A stretch of DNA of 63,994 bases, the filler included, from Streblomastix strix (taxonomy: Eukaryota), in assembly GCA_008636045.1 (NCBI GenBank). It is 4 parts of 4 records of this genome, joined end to end, with 100 filler letters (N's around TTAATTAATTAA, not from the genome) between each part and the next. Parts side by side here need not be neighbours in the genome. Positions count along the whole stretch, not along the records: positions 1 to 16,221 come from SNRW01000853.1; positions 16,322 to 32,540 come from SNRW01000854.1; 2 more parts are not named here. The stretch is one strand, 5' to 3'. This document shows positions 13,331-26,300 of this stretch, piece after piece (positions within the stretch are counted from its first letter, which is position 1; every line of letters begins with the position of its first letter). A model generated the notes under the pieces. The model ran no database searches and was not told where the DNA came from. It saw only the letters and a program-made list of their open reading frames with translations. Both the position numbers and the translations under genes were made by a program.

Positions 13331-13760
13331 TTCTTATATTTTTCATTGGTTCTATAACTATATTCTTCGACTCTGTATATCAAAGGGTAATTTTTATCTT
13401 AAATAATCATCATTTATCAACGATTCGAAATCTTATCTAAATTAACCATTTTTATCTGCACCATAACCATAATCAAGAAATGAACTAGCTACATCTAACC
13501 TTTGCCTAATGTTTAGTCGACAGGACCGAGAGCACAAAGAAGAGGTTTTGCTTATGGTTTTATTAACGATTTTAAAACGTTATCATTCACAAATTAAAGA
13601 TCCTTTCTTACTTTTTAAGCAATTTATTTGATTTTTGAAAATATGCTTACTGTCATAATTTACTTATAATAAAATATAATTTTATGTATACTATTTTGGA
13701 TTTGAATATATTATGTTCATTTCATTAAGATTCTATTGAACAATTTCATTTTTTTTTTGA

Positions 13761-15483
13761 ATGTAAATGATAAATAAATTTTTAATGAAAGCCACTCATT
13801 TACAACAAGCAGGAACCTTCGAAGAAATATTGTTAGGTAATGCTGTTGTTCCATTTACTAACGACGGAGAGCATCATTATTCAATCAAGGAAATTAAACC
13901 AGAATCATAAAAGCCAGCGCTGTTTGATAAGGAGATTATTATAAATTTATCAGACATTGACCACGACATCACATAGATATAAAATTCGTTCTTGTCGGTA
14001 GTACTAACAGCTAAAATTTTACTCGTAGATAAATTTGATAAAATTGACGAATCATATAAAGACGGATTGGTTCTATTTATAAGTCTCAAGTCAGGTTCAA
14101 ATTTTATTAGAAAATACTCCATCTATCATAGATGTAAAACCATTAATGGGAGTCTATAGAACGACGCAACAACTGAATCATTTATTTATAATATTATCAA
14201 GCAAAAAAGCGAGAAAAATAATAATAAATTAATTCATTCCCTTTATGAGAATATTCATAAATTTGATAAGTCAGCGTGTGGAACATATATAAGTATGCGA
14301 GAGATTGAAGAGCTGATATAAAATCAAACATCTGTTCCATATACAATTCCAATACGTTTCAGAGTCAATATTCCACTTGATGACCTGATGATATTCTCTG
14401 TATTTTTTGATTATACTAATGGCTTATTTGGTGATTTAAAAATAAAATTCAAAATAAATTCTCATGCATTCGTTTTCTGTCAAATGAATTCAATTATTTC
14501 AATGGCTAAAATTATTCAATGAATAAAGATGAATTATTGGGTAGTAGTCAGTAGAAGTAAATGGATATTGATTTGATGCCCAGAAATTGGAGTCTGACTT
14601 TCTAAAATACTATATATAATTTACGTAATTGAGATGCACTGCTAATTTGATAACAGGACTACATGCGGAACCATTAACTGAATAAGGATTGAAGAACATG
14701 ATATGCGACATCAGACCCGAAACCATAAGTTTAAAAAATAACGTCATAACAGAGGTAACAACTAACATGGCGGGTTATAAAGCTACTGATGCATGCCATA
14801 ATCGAGTCCGTTAATTCCACAGCTAACGTCCATTTGTCGTACCTGCCTAACGAGTAGAAATATGACTATTTCCAACGTCTGCTACATTAACGGGAATACG
14901 AACATCTTAAAATATTCCTCTGTCTCATCTATCCGACTTCTGTCTTCAATTTCCTAAAGATGCAAGAGCAACAACTTGCTTTGATAATACTTGCTATTAG
15001 AACATGCAAGTAACGACATGCGAACGAAATTTCCCAGATATGCCTATGAATAAGCGTTACCAATAATTATTCTAATTGTAACTCAATGTTTCAAATCTTG
15101 ACCTGCTATTCGAAGCGACTGATGAGTTTAAAGATGCTTTAACAATGCCAAGAAATACAGCAACTCGAAGATTGAATCCTCATACTGATTTAACAAGCTT
15201 TTTATTAACTCTTAAAAGTGAAAGAAACAGCAACGGAGCACTAACATTTGACGGACTAGACACTCAGAACTAAAACGCTTCTGTTGAACTCAAAGGAGCA
15301 CCAATATATCAAGGAGCAACAGATTCATATTATAATGTCGATACCAGTGAAAAGAGACAACCACCTCTGAATATATGTACGATTCATGATACGTTTTGGT
15401 TATTCTCACCCGCTGCAAGTGGAAGCTTCATATATGATACAAACTATTCATTTGATGAAATTATTGAACCACTTATAGGATGA
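13761..15483 (+). pseudogene. Putative double jelly-roll major capsid protein, frameshifted
   Basis: About 570 codons, beta-rich: DITQIQNSFLSVVLTA, LKSGSNFIRKYSIYHR, RFRVNIPLDDLMIFS, GLFGDLKIKFKIN, LTFDGLDT, CTIHDTFWLFS; frameshift near 14510, TGA at 14863; size and context fit a Maverick/PLV-type MCP (recognised by eye). Confidence 0.7.
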
Positions 15484-15669
15484 ACAATTGGACCACTGAC
15501 AAGATGAGAATATAATCCATTACTAGAGAATATTTTTATTTTTTTTAATCTTAAATATAACTAATTCATAATCATTAATATAGATAATTAAATAGGTCAT
15601 TAGTTATTTGTCCATTAATTATATATCCATTAATTATTTTTATTAATCTTTTAATTAATAGTTTCAAAT

Positions 15670-16062
15670 ATGACTTCAGCTTAAAACTTAAAATATTATA
15701 CTTTAACATAATACAATGGAGTTATTATCGCATAGAACGAATGCAACGATTAGAATGAAGTTGGTTTTGTATTACCAATAGCATTTATAAATTCGGATAA
15801 TTAAAGAAAAATAATATTTTGCTAATGTCATTGCACAAACTAAGGCATTAACGAGGGAATAAGCGTTCATAGTTCAATAGTTCAAGAAGAATAATATTTC
15901 AATTAGATTATTAGCTATTGTAATGAATAACGTATTTATAAGCCCTTCATACAATACTCGTACAACAGATATTTATATGTATGTTTCCGTTAAAATTAAG
16001 AATTATTGGATTTAAATTAATTATAACTGAAATTTGTTCCGGAGTTGATGTTGGAATACTGA
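15670..16062 (+). CDS. Putative minor capsid (penton-like single jelly-roll) protein, 130 aa
   Basis: Open with TAR=Gln: GFVLPIAFINSDNQRKIIF...ISVHSSIVQEE...IISYCNE...LDLNQLQLKFVPELMLEY*; directly downstream of the MCP-like gene. Confidence 0.55.
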
Positions 16063-16097
16063 AATAGTTGATGTGCTGCATTAGCCCGACAAACTGA

Positions 16098-16221
16098 TGC
16101 TGTTTCTTTCACTTTTAAGAGTTAATAAAAAGCTTGTTAAATCAGTATGAGGATTCAATCTTCGAGTTGCTGTATTTCTTGGCATTGTTAAAGCATCTTT
16201 AAACTCATCAGTCGCTTCGAA
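16098..16221 (-). repeat. Exact inverted copy of 15109-15232 at contig end (probable amplification chimera)
   Basis: 124-bp reverse complement of part of the MCP-like gene, abutting the gap. Confidence 0.85.
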
Positions 16222-16321
16222 NNNNNNNNNNNNNNNNNNNNNNNNNNNNNNNNNNNNNNNNNNNNTTAATTAATTAANNNNNNNNNNNNNNNNNNNNNNN
16301 NNNNNNNNNNNNNNNNNNNNN
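16222..16321. other. Artificial contig linker (N run with TTAATTAATTAA)
   Basis: Same 100-nt linker recurs at 32541-32640 and 48859-48958, separating contigs of 16219 and 16218 bp. Confidence 0.95.
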
Positions 16322-17382
16322 GTCAAGTGAATAATAATAAATAAATCTGGAGAACAAATATTCCTGCATTAGATAAACATGAAAATGTTCTCACGTTTTT
16401 AAATTCAAAGCAGAAAAATGAACCATGCATATCATTATAATGTTACTCAGAAACAATAAATAACAATAAATAAATATTATAATAAAATTAATAATAACAA
16501 TTAACTCTTGAATGTTAATTAAATTAACCATAACTATTAGTCAATGTTTAATACGATATTGCATTAATAGTATTTATTTTTGATAATATTAGAATTTTAT
16601 AAAATGCTTTTGAAAAATTAATGTTAGTGAGGAAATAAGAGAAGGAAAAAAGATTGAAAGAAAAAAGATTGTTGAAGGAAAAAGAAAAGGAAAAAGAAAT
16701 TGAGAAAAATGAAAAGAAAGATTTAAAAATTATAGAAATGAATAAATATTAATAATAAATTTTAAAACTTACAGAATAAGAAATAGATTTGAAAATTAAA
16801 AGCAAAGAAAATTAAAACTTCTAGGAAGAAGAAAAAGAAACAATTAGTAAAGATATACTATATTCACAGTCTAGTTCTCATTCTCTTTCCAATTCTTAAT
16901 ATCATATTCACTCATACAACCCTCCATAATCACAGGATATAATTTAATTTATCAATAATTATCATAAAAACTACTTTATTAATGACAATGAAATGAATGA
17001 AGATGATTTGCGACCTTTAAATTAGCCTTCAACAATCTTTTTTCTTTCAATCTTTTTTCCTTCTCTTATTTCCTCACTAACATTAATTTTTCAAAAGCAT
17101 TTTATAAAATTCTAATATTATCAAAAATAAATACTATTAATGCAATATCGTATTAAACATTGACTAATAGTTATGGTTAATTTAATTAACATTCAAGAGT
17201 TAATTGTTATTATTAATTTTATTATAATATTTATTTATTGTTATTTATTGTTTCTGAGTAACATTATAATGATATGCATGGTTCATTTTTCTGCTTTGAA
17301 TTTAAAAACGTGAGAACATTTTCATGTTTATCTAATGCAGGAATATTTGTTCTCCAGATTTATTTATTATTATTCACTTGAC
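16322..17382. repeat. Fold-back inversion at contig start (16322-16678 vs 17026-17382)
   Basis: 357-bp apparently identical inverted arms; the VPS13 frame continues on the + strand through 16679-17025. Confidence 0.9.
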
Positions 17383-20300
17383 TATCTGTTTACATGTATT
17401 TATTAAATTAATTTAAATTATAATCATTTTCATCATTTTATAATATATCTCTATTTGCTTTTCTACTTCTTTATCTCGGTCTTGTATCAGTGATTAATAA
17501 TTAATCAATATTTAATTGCTATTTAAAATTATTCAATTTATCATTATAAACAGATGTATGCGAAATTATATTTATTACGATTATAGAAACAAACGGAATA
17601 GATTTATTCTTTACAATATTCTAGTTTTCTTTAATAATATCTTTATCTTCATTTGACTATTAAAATAACAAATATTTGATATCATTCTTTATTCTCTATC
17701 CTTCATAAAAATCAATTTTTATTTATGGAACATGAAAATGAATTTAAATAATCATAAATCTATTTTAATTTTTATTTTCTTTCTCAATTTTCTTCTCTTT
17801 TTCAGTATTCATATTTTTACCATCAAAAGATTTAGATTATTCTTTTTTGATTCCGATATTATATTTATTCTTCAAATTCTTTAATAAATCATATTTTTCT
17901 TCTTATTTTTTCTTAATTTACTTCTATTTTATTTATACACTATCTTCATCAATATCATCATAATATGTCAACAGATATTTTAAACTATCAAGTAATGTAC
18001 CATTAATCATTTATTATAATAATAATATTTATCATTCATCAATTTATATATTTAATTATTATGTTTTAATATTAAATAAATATGAATGTTATTGTTCATA
18101 ATCTAAATCAAGTTATTATTCTTATTCTTTATCATAAATATTCATTTGCATTCCAAATTAATCCAAAATAGGTAAATATTATTATATCCCTATATTATAG
18201 AGCAAATATTGAAATTAATGTTTTTCTATATTTTTAACATCTTTAAATTATTCTTATTCCTATTTGTTACATTTAAGAAAATTCAATATTTCTTAATTTT
18301 CTATATTCACTTCTTCATTCTCTTTTGAGCTCTTTTTCTCTTTATGTTATTGTTGAAGTGATGCTGTATGAATAGAGATATTCTTCATATTAAAATTAAT
18401 TAATTAATTATTGTTTATATCATCTTCATTTTCATTTATTATTTCATATTTTTCATTTTTGCTATTCTTCTCCATCTCTTTCATCACATTATTTTATTTA
18501 TTTTCTATATATAACTATCCTAAACTAACAATGAATAATTATTTACTATAATAAGTTTTCGGAATAAATAATAATGGTTCGTCTAAAATAATATCAATCA
18601 TAAAATTTGATTTAATTTATTATTATTGTTATCTAAAATTAATATTTTCTATATTTTCTTCTTCATATTTTTATCTATTTGTATACTAATCTACAATCAT
18701 TTTATTTATTTCTCTCAAATTTCTCTCATCTATTATTTATTGCAAATTAATGTTGATGACTTTTTATAGTTCAAATATCATTTATATTAATTCATTTATA
18801 AGTTTTCCAATGAAAACAAATTATAGAGAACTGCATTTGCCATGGATTTAAATTTATGGCTGTTCTTTCAAATTATCATTTTTACTAGTTTAGTACAATT
18901 AATTTATTTATTTTACTTAATCTATTGTTATTACAGTTTAAAATGCATATCCATGTTCCAATTTATTTGCATTATTATCTAAATTATTATTATTATTATT
19001 AAAATAAGATGGACATAAATATAGAAGATAAGGATAAGGACTCTTTTTATTAGACTTTTATTTAGGCCCTTATCTGAATTATAATTTATTTTCTTCTTCA
19101 TTATCATCTAACATGTTAATAACATTCATTTCAATTAAATTTGCATGTATATTTATTAAATTTTATTATTCATATTATTATTCTTAATTATATATTTAAT
19201 TTCTAATTATTAATTTGTTATTAATTCTCACATAAACACCTTTTAATTATCCTTTACAAATATTTTTGTATTAATTTAGTTGCTATTATGATTAATACGA
19301 AGATGATTGTTATATATCGTTAACTGTCTATAATTAAACATCAAGCGAATGAGCAAAGAAATGTATATCTGTTATCATGTCACTCTTCATTATTATTTAT
19401 TCTATTTCTTCACTTTCATCTTGATTCTTCTCATTCTTTTTTTCTTTCTAATTCTTCATATGTATATTCATATTCAATTCAATATCTCTCCCTAATTCAT
19501 TTACCCATTTTGTTTTATATATTCTATTTAACATATTATTAATAAAATAAAAAAAATATTATTTTATAATTAGTATGTCAATATTCCCAACTGATGCAAA
19601 TATAGATCTATTTATATAATTGTTATCTATGTTTTTATTATGTTTTACTATTTTTCTTTCTTCGTATATTTCACCATCCTCACTACTTTCTTCATCATAT
19701 TCAATGTCTTTCTCAATGTCATTCATAATGATCATAACATTTAACAGATCGTTTTCATTCCAATATTCATTGATTGCATTTTTCTATTTTTATTTCTAAT
19801 GTATTTTCTCCCCCATTTTAGTAGAGTCAATTATATTTTTCTCTTATTCTTCTTCTTCAATAATAATAATTTCTTCATCATATTCGTCTAATTATTTAAT
19901 TTAATTTTTATTCTTTTCTAACTATTATTATTATTTCTTTAATAAATATTGCGCTTAGTTTATTATATTATTACCCTACATGAATTGGAGATTGGATTAA
20001 AATGGAATGTTTATATTATCATTATTTATTGATGATGCTTAAGATGACATAGACGATGATGAATATGATGAAATTGAAGGAGATTCTTACTAGTTTTGAC
20101 CAACCGAAATAATACGCCATAGCTTTTCTTTATTATCTTCACTCATTTTAGTTTCTTTTTGTAATCCTTATCCATCACCTAACACTTCCAGGTTCTCAAT
20201 AATAAATGAAACTATTTGCTATTTTTCATTAAATATAACTCTATTTGATATATTATTTACATTTATTAATAATACATTATTATTATTAATATTCTATTAA

Positions 20301-23300
20301 TTATTATTATTAATAAATTAATGAAAACTGCGATCTTTTATAAATATGTTCAAAGACTATGTACTACCTTTAATGTCTAATATTATATTATTATATAAAA
20401 AATTTTCATCATTATTCCTACCGTTCTATTTTATTATTTATTCATTTTCTTATATTTCTTGTTAATATTATTGTGATGCAGCATATGCAACAAAGCTTTA
20501 TTGTAAATGCAAAAATTATATTCCAAAAATTTATTATTTTATAGTTTGAATGTTATTATCTATTAATTCAGATTCAATTTATTTTTCTTTTGTTTTTCCT
20601 TCTTTTTTCCCTCTAGATTTAACTTTTTCCAATTTATGATTATCATTATCATTTACAACCTAAATATTTATACCATCCATTTCCGCATTTAAATGAAAAA
20701 TTTTAATTTAGTCGTGTAATTACTTTTGACTGTTATTCAACAATGAAAGCGAAGAAGAAAGTTGTTGGAATTTCAAATCATCATTATTCACTTTTTCCTT
20801 TTATTTATTATTGTTTGATTCATTTTCATACAACTAACTTATTCTCATATGCAATCTCTTAAATCTATTCTTCAATAATATATTACTTTAAATATATTCA
20901 TTTTAACTTAATGTATCATTCAATAAATCATCTTCAGCTTCTTCATTATTGTTATTATTTAATTATATTCATTAAATAACTTCATCCTCTTTTTCCTTTT
21001 CTATATCTTAATTATCATTATTTATAATTATTTTTTCTTATGATTAATTTGAAGATGATTATGAAGACTGGATTGATAATAATTATTTTGAAGAATAAGG
21101 TTCTGTGTTTTCAGATTTGAAATTTGGTTATATTTGTTATTTATTTTCTTCATATTCTTTCATATTAAATTATAAATCTTTTTATTTCATTAGTTTTAAT
21201 TTAACTTAATTATTATTTTACGTTTTTATATCATTTTTATTTTCAATCTTTCTATTTTTTCCTTTAATAAATTCATTCATTATAATAATTCCAAATTAAA
21301 TTCCTTATATTGTTTCATTTATTTCAATTTGAATGAATGAAAGCGTACTTTAAATATCTAAATATTATTCCTATTAAGGAGACTGAAATGGTTATTACAG
21401 TTTAATATTGCGATGATTATGGTGATGTTATTAATATAGTTATGATTATTTTTTCATTTTCTCTTATGCCTTTACAATTGCTTAGTTTTTATCTTTGTTC
21501 ATATATATATCTAAACCAGCTGTAAAATGATTTGAAATTTTCTTTATCAAAGTCATATTATCATTATAACAATCCTAAGTCATTTTATCTTCATTATTAA
21601 TAATATTTCCTTTATTATTAGAATTGTTATAATTATTTAAATTTTTTAGTATATCTATTGCCCTAATATTATAAAATTTCATTTATTTTGATTTTTATAT
21701 TTGTCCGAAATATAAACACATATTATTAATGGAAGTAAACAAATGATTTGATTAATTATTTGTATTTATTGAAGATGATTCAACAGAAAGGATAAGCAAA
21801 TGATTTTATAATAATTATTATTCTGGAATAATTGCAATTTTTATTACATCTCCTTACATTGTAAAACTATTCTATTTATTAGAATAAATCGTTTTAACAG
21901 TTGTTTGTTTTAATTTATTTTCATTTGTTTCTTTCTTTTTCTCTTTTTCATATTTTTCGATTACTATTTCTTCTGCATAATCTAATCCAACGTCAGTCAT
22001 TTTATCAATAAGTTAAACGAATATGGGTTGTGATTAAATAAAGAAATAAACCAATTTTCCAACAAATAACGGAGAAATAAATCCAATTAATTATCCCATA
22101 GAAATTGATGTGTGAGATGAAGTAGTAGATGAAGATGACTATTACGATGTTTGGGATAATGTGGAAGGTGACGAAGGGAATAATTGAGGTAAAGAAGAGT
22201 ATGATTAAAGTGATTGTATTGATGGAGATTGTGGTATTGATAATATTAATTATTATTAATTTGATTTATTATCGATACTTTCAATTTCATAATCTTTATC
22301 TTTGTCTTTTAATAAATTAATATTTGCATTTGTAACAAGAGGAACTCCTATTTAACTAATAAATTTATTTGCTCCTTTAATTCTTTCATATGTTACCATA
22401 ATTCCTTTTTTAGTAATCTTATTCTATTCATACTTCCATTGTTACTTAGAATCGAAAGTTTGAGATAGTTACAGAGAAGATTAAGAAGGCAAATATGATT
22501 CTTTCAAAGGCGAATTATATTTTTCTTTTGTTTTACTTTTATCGTTAATTTTATTATGTTAATCTTTTTGTTAATAATTAAGCAATTTAATCAACCAGTC
22601 ATCATCATTTAATTATCCTAAAATAATGCATGTGGAAGTAAATTCATTCATTATTTATATTTCCTCATCCTTTTTTTCTCTTATTTCCTCTATTTGTTGT
22701 TCATTTTCTCTAATTCCCAATATTTTTATGTTATCAACTCCGCCTTTCATATTAATATACTTCTTTCTTGATTCAACATTCATATTAATTTATTCTATAA
22801 TAATATCTCCATATAATTCATCTAACTGCTTTAATATTATACATATTGATGGTATTTCAAATTATATTGAAGTCCAATCTCGTTTCTGAAATGGTTATGG
22901 TGATGAATTTGAGTTAAACGATGAGTTTGTTGATAACAAAGTTATTTATTACAATTAATTTCCTTATTCTACTTTTTCTTCTCCATATTTTTCTCTTTCT
23001 TTCTTTTTTATTTATAACTTCTAAAATTAACGATTCTTCTTAATTGCTTCAATAGACGATTTTGAATATATAACAATTAAATTACCATTAGTTTCATCTA
23101 AAAATATCCATTTCTTTTCCTTATTTTAACTAATATTCTTATCTTTATTTTAATCTTTGGATTATAGTTAACTAAATCCTATTTATTATTATTATTATTA
23201 TATAGACGGATATGAAGATGATAATTATAATGACTACATTGATTATTAAGATTATGGTGATTAATTTAATAAACTAGAAGATGGAAGAAGAGGGAAACCA

Positions 23301-26300
23301 TTTGGAAGAAGAGCATATGAATTTATTTAATCTTTGCTTTGGTCAATTTTGTTGTTAATTTTTTAAAATATATTCAATTCCTTATTCCCAAAGTTTATCT
23401 TGTTTAGTTCAATTTATTTTATCATTAATCTTAATAATTATCCTTATCTCATTTCATTACCTTCAAACAATACATTTTATATAGTTATTTCATTTTCTTT
23501 ATCATTTATCATCAATATTTTATTTTACTATTATTTTATTATCTTCTTTTCTTATAATAATCTTTCTTTTTCTCGTTCTCTTTTTTCTCTTTACATTTTT
23601 TATTCCTAAATAAATTATTATATTTCTTTTTATTATTCTATATCTATTTCAGGATATTTCCAAATTTCCTTACCTATTATTTAACTATTTTCTTCTAACT
23701 TTTCTTAATCTCTTTCATTTTATTAGTTGTTATCCAAATCTTAATTGTTATTAATATCTTTTTATTTGTTAAAAAATTATTTCTTCTCTTTTTCTTTTAA
23801 ATCTAAAATTTAACTCTATTTCTTAAATAAGCTCAATCTTACTCTAATAGGAAGAGCATAATATATAGAAAATAAATTATCGATTCCCTCAGCTATTATA
23901 TCACTATCTACAGAAATATATAATGGTTTAGAATTAATACTAATTCTCCTTCTCAATTTATTATTAAATTAAAATATAGATGTTTGTTAAGTTGACGAAT
24001 ATTCTAATGAAATGAAATGGTGAGTTAATTAAGATTTCTAAGATGAATTACTATTCATGTTAAGGAAATAGTTAGTAATAATATCAATATCTTATTGGCT
24101 TATATTATTTATATTCAATTTATTCTTTTTTTTATTTTACTATATATTATTTTCTAACTTATTCACATTCTTATTAATATTAATATTTGTATATGTCTTT
24201 TCTTAAATAATATTAACAATACATCTTTGTATTCCTTTTAATTCTATTTATTACCAAAATTCATTCATTCTTTCAATACCACATTATAAACTGGTTTTTT
24301 CATCTTTAATTATTTATTCTTATTAATACTGATATGAATTCTTTTTCAATTTAATATTTTTCTATTCACTGTCTTATTCGTTTTCTTTATCATTTTCTTT
24401 TTAATTATTTTACATCTTTATTATTTCATCTTTTAACTTCTATATTTCTTCATTCTTCTTAAAATTTACAAAAATATCTTCTGAATCTTCATTATATATT
24501 GAAGAGAATAATATTCTGTTTTTATTATTGTTATGTATATCCTTCTGTTATATTCTATTTAATCCATCTTCTTTCTCTTTCATTTTTTATTCTTCTTAGT
24601 TATTCATATCTTCATTAAGTGCTTTTTAAGTTATAAATCTACCTAATGAAAGTTTTAATGATTTTGTAAGTGGAGTTCTGATATGATGCAATTCAATTTG
24701 TTGAGCTAATACTTCAACTAAACATTAACTCTTAATTTGAATTTACTCATTATTTGAATCATTCTCAATATTTTATTCTTTTTATTAATTATCAGATTTC
24801 TTCTTTAAATTCTTTTCACTTCATAATTCAATTTAAATTCCATCTAAAACCAATTTGACTTCTCTTAATATACTTAACTCATTCTTTCTTTTGGGGTGAG
24901 TTCTTATCATCCCATCGCCTTTTTCATTCACAGACACCTATCATAATATTTAATATTAAAAAATAAAAGAAATGATGGAATATAATACAAATTTAATGTG
25001 TTATCATACTTCACTCATTTCTAATCTATCTTACAAATTCAGAAAAGATTCGATTGCTTCAAATTCACCGAACAAAGGAATATTCAAAGATATTTATTTA
25101 TGCTCTTTATACATTCTAATTAAATCATGCGAAAATGAAAATTATTATTACTAAACAGACCGTGAAGATGGATTAGAATAAGAAGGTGATTTAATAGAAG
25201 ATGTCAATTATTAGTACTATGCATTAAGTTAAGGAGAAGTAGATGGAGAAGGTGAATAAGAAGATGCTGATGATGGTGTTAATTAAATGGGAGATTAAAT
25301 ATTAATTTAATGAGAGGGAGAAGGAGATGAAGGAGATGTTTAAGATGGGGAATACGATTTCTTAGTTTTCTGTGGAGTTGATTGATTATTAATATCTTTT
25401 TTATTCTTATTTTTATTCTTCTATTTGTTTATTTCTTCGTTTTCTTCTTAGCTTCCTATTTCAGTCAAACCAAAAGCTTCAATCCATTAACCAGACACAG
25501 AAACGATTTCTTTCATTATAAACTATGTCAAAATTAAACTGAATTAATTAATATGAGAGTAAATACAAAATTCTGGTATTTCTTCATTTGATGGTTTCAA
25601 AGACCACAAGAAACATCCATTCATTGTAACGTCCTAAAATAATGTTGAAGATGAAGAAGATGATGAAATTGGATGAGAAGGTGAGGAAAAGAATTGAGAT
25701 AGAACAGATGGAGATTAAAATTTATTATCATTTTATGTTCTGTCTTCGTTATGCTCACTATTATTATCTCTAAATTTCTCTTATATTAATAATTTTTCAA
25801 TTTTATCAATATATAAAGTCATATTGCTTACACATAAGTCAATCCTATCAAATAAATCATTTGAAGCAACTTTATTATTTTACAATTTTTATTACTCAAT
25901 TTAGTTACTAACCCCTTATGAATAGTTAATTAATTTTATTTATTCAGTGTCAATTTTTCTCTCATTTTATTAATTAATGCTTATTTAATTATTCTGATTT
26001 GGAGAAAATATTTCAGAAGGCGATGAATGTGTATTTGTTTCTTATATTAAGTCTATATTTTGAGATTGTTTAAATCTGGATGCAAGAGTAAGAGGAGGAG
26101 GAAATGATAAGAATTATTACTAAGAATTGTTTGGAGAAGATGAGAAGGGAGATTAAGTTAATGATTAAGATTATTAACTAGATTATTAACTTGATTGAGA
26201 CTGAGATTATGAAGAAGATTATTAATGAGGAGGAAGAGGAGGTTTTGTTGATGATGATTAAGGAAGGAATAACTAAGAAGGAGATTAAGGAGGTGAAACA

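Larger units (their letters stand above)
3378..16062. mobile_element. Decayed endogenous Polinton/Maverick-like DNA virus (ends not defined)
   Basis: Intronless cluster of rve integrase, primase-SF3 helicase, fibre-like protein and capsid-like genes, with many in-frame TGA codons and frameshifts. Confidence 0.8.

Noticed and set aside
16098..16221. Possible terminal inverted repeat of the viral element
   Set aside because: It copies the interior of the capsid-like gene exactly and abuts the contig end, as expected for a chimera
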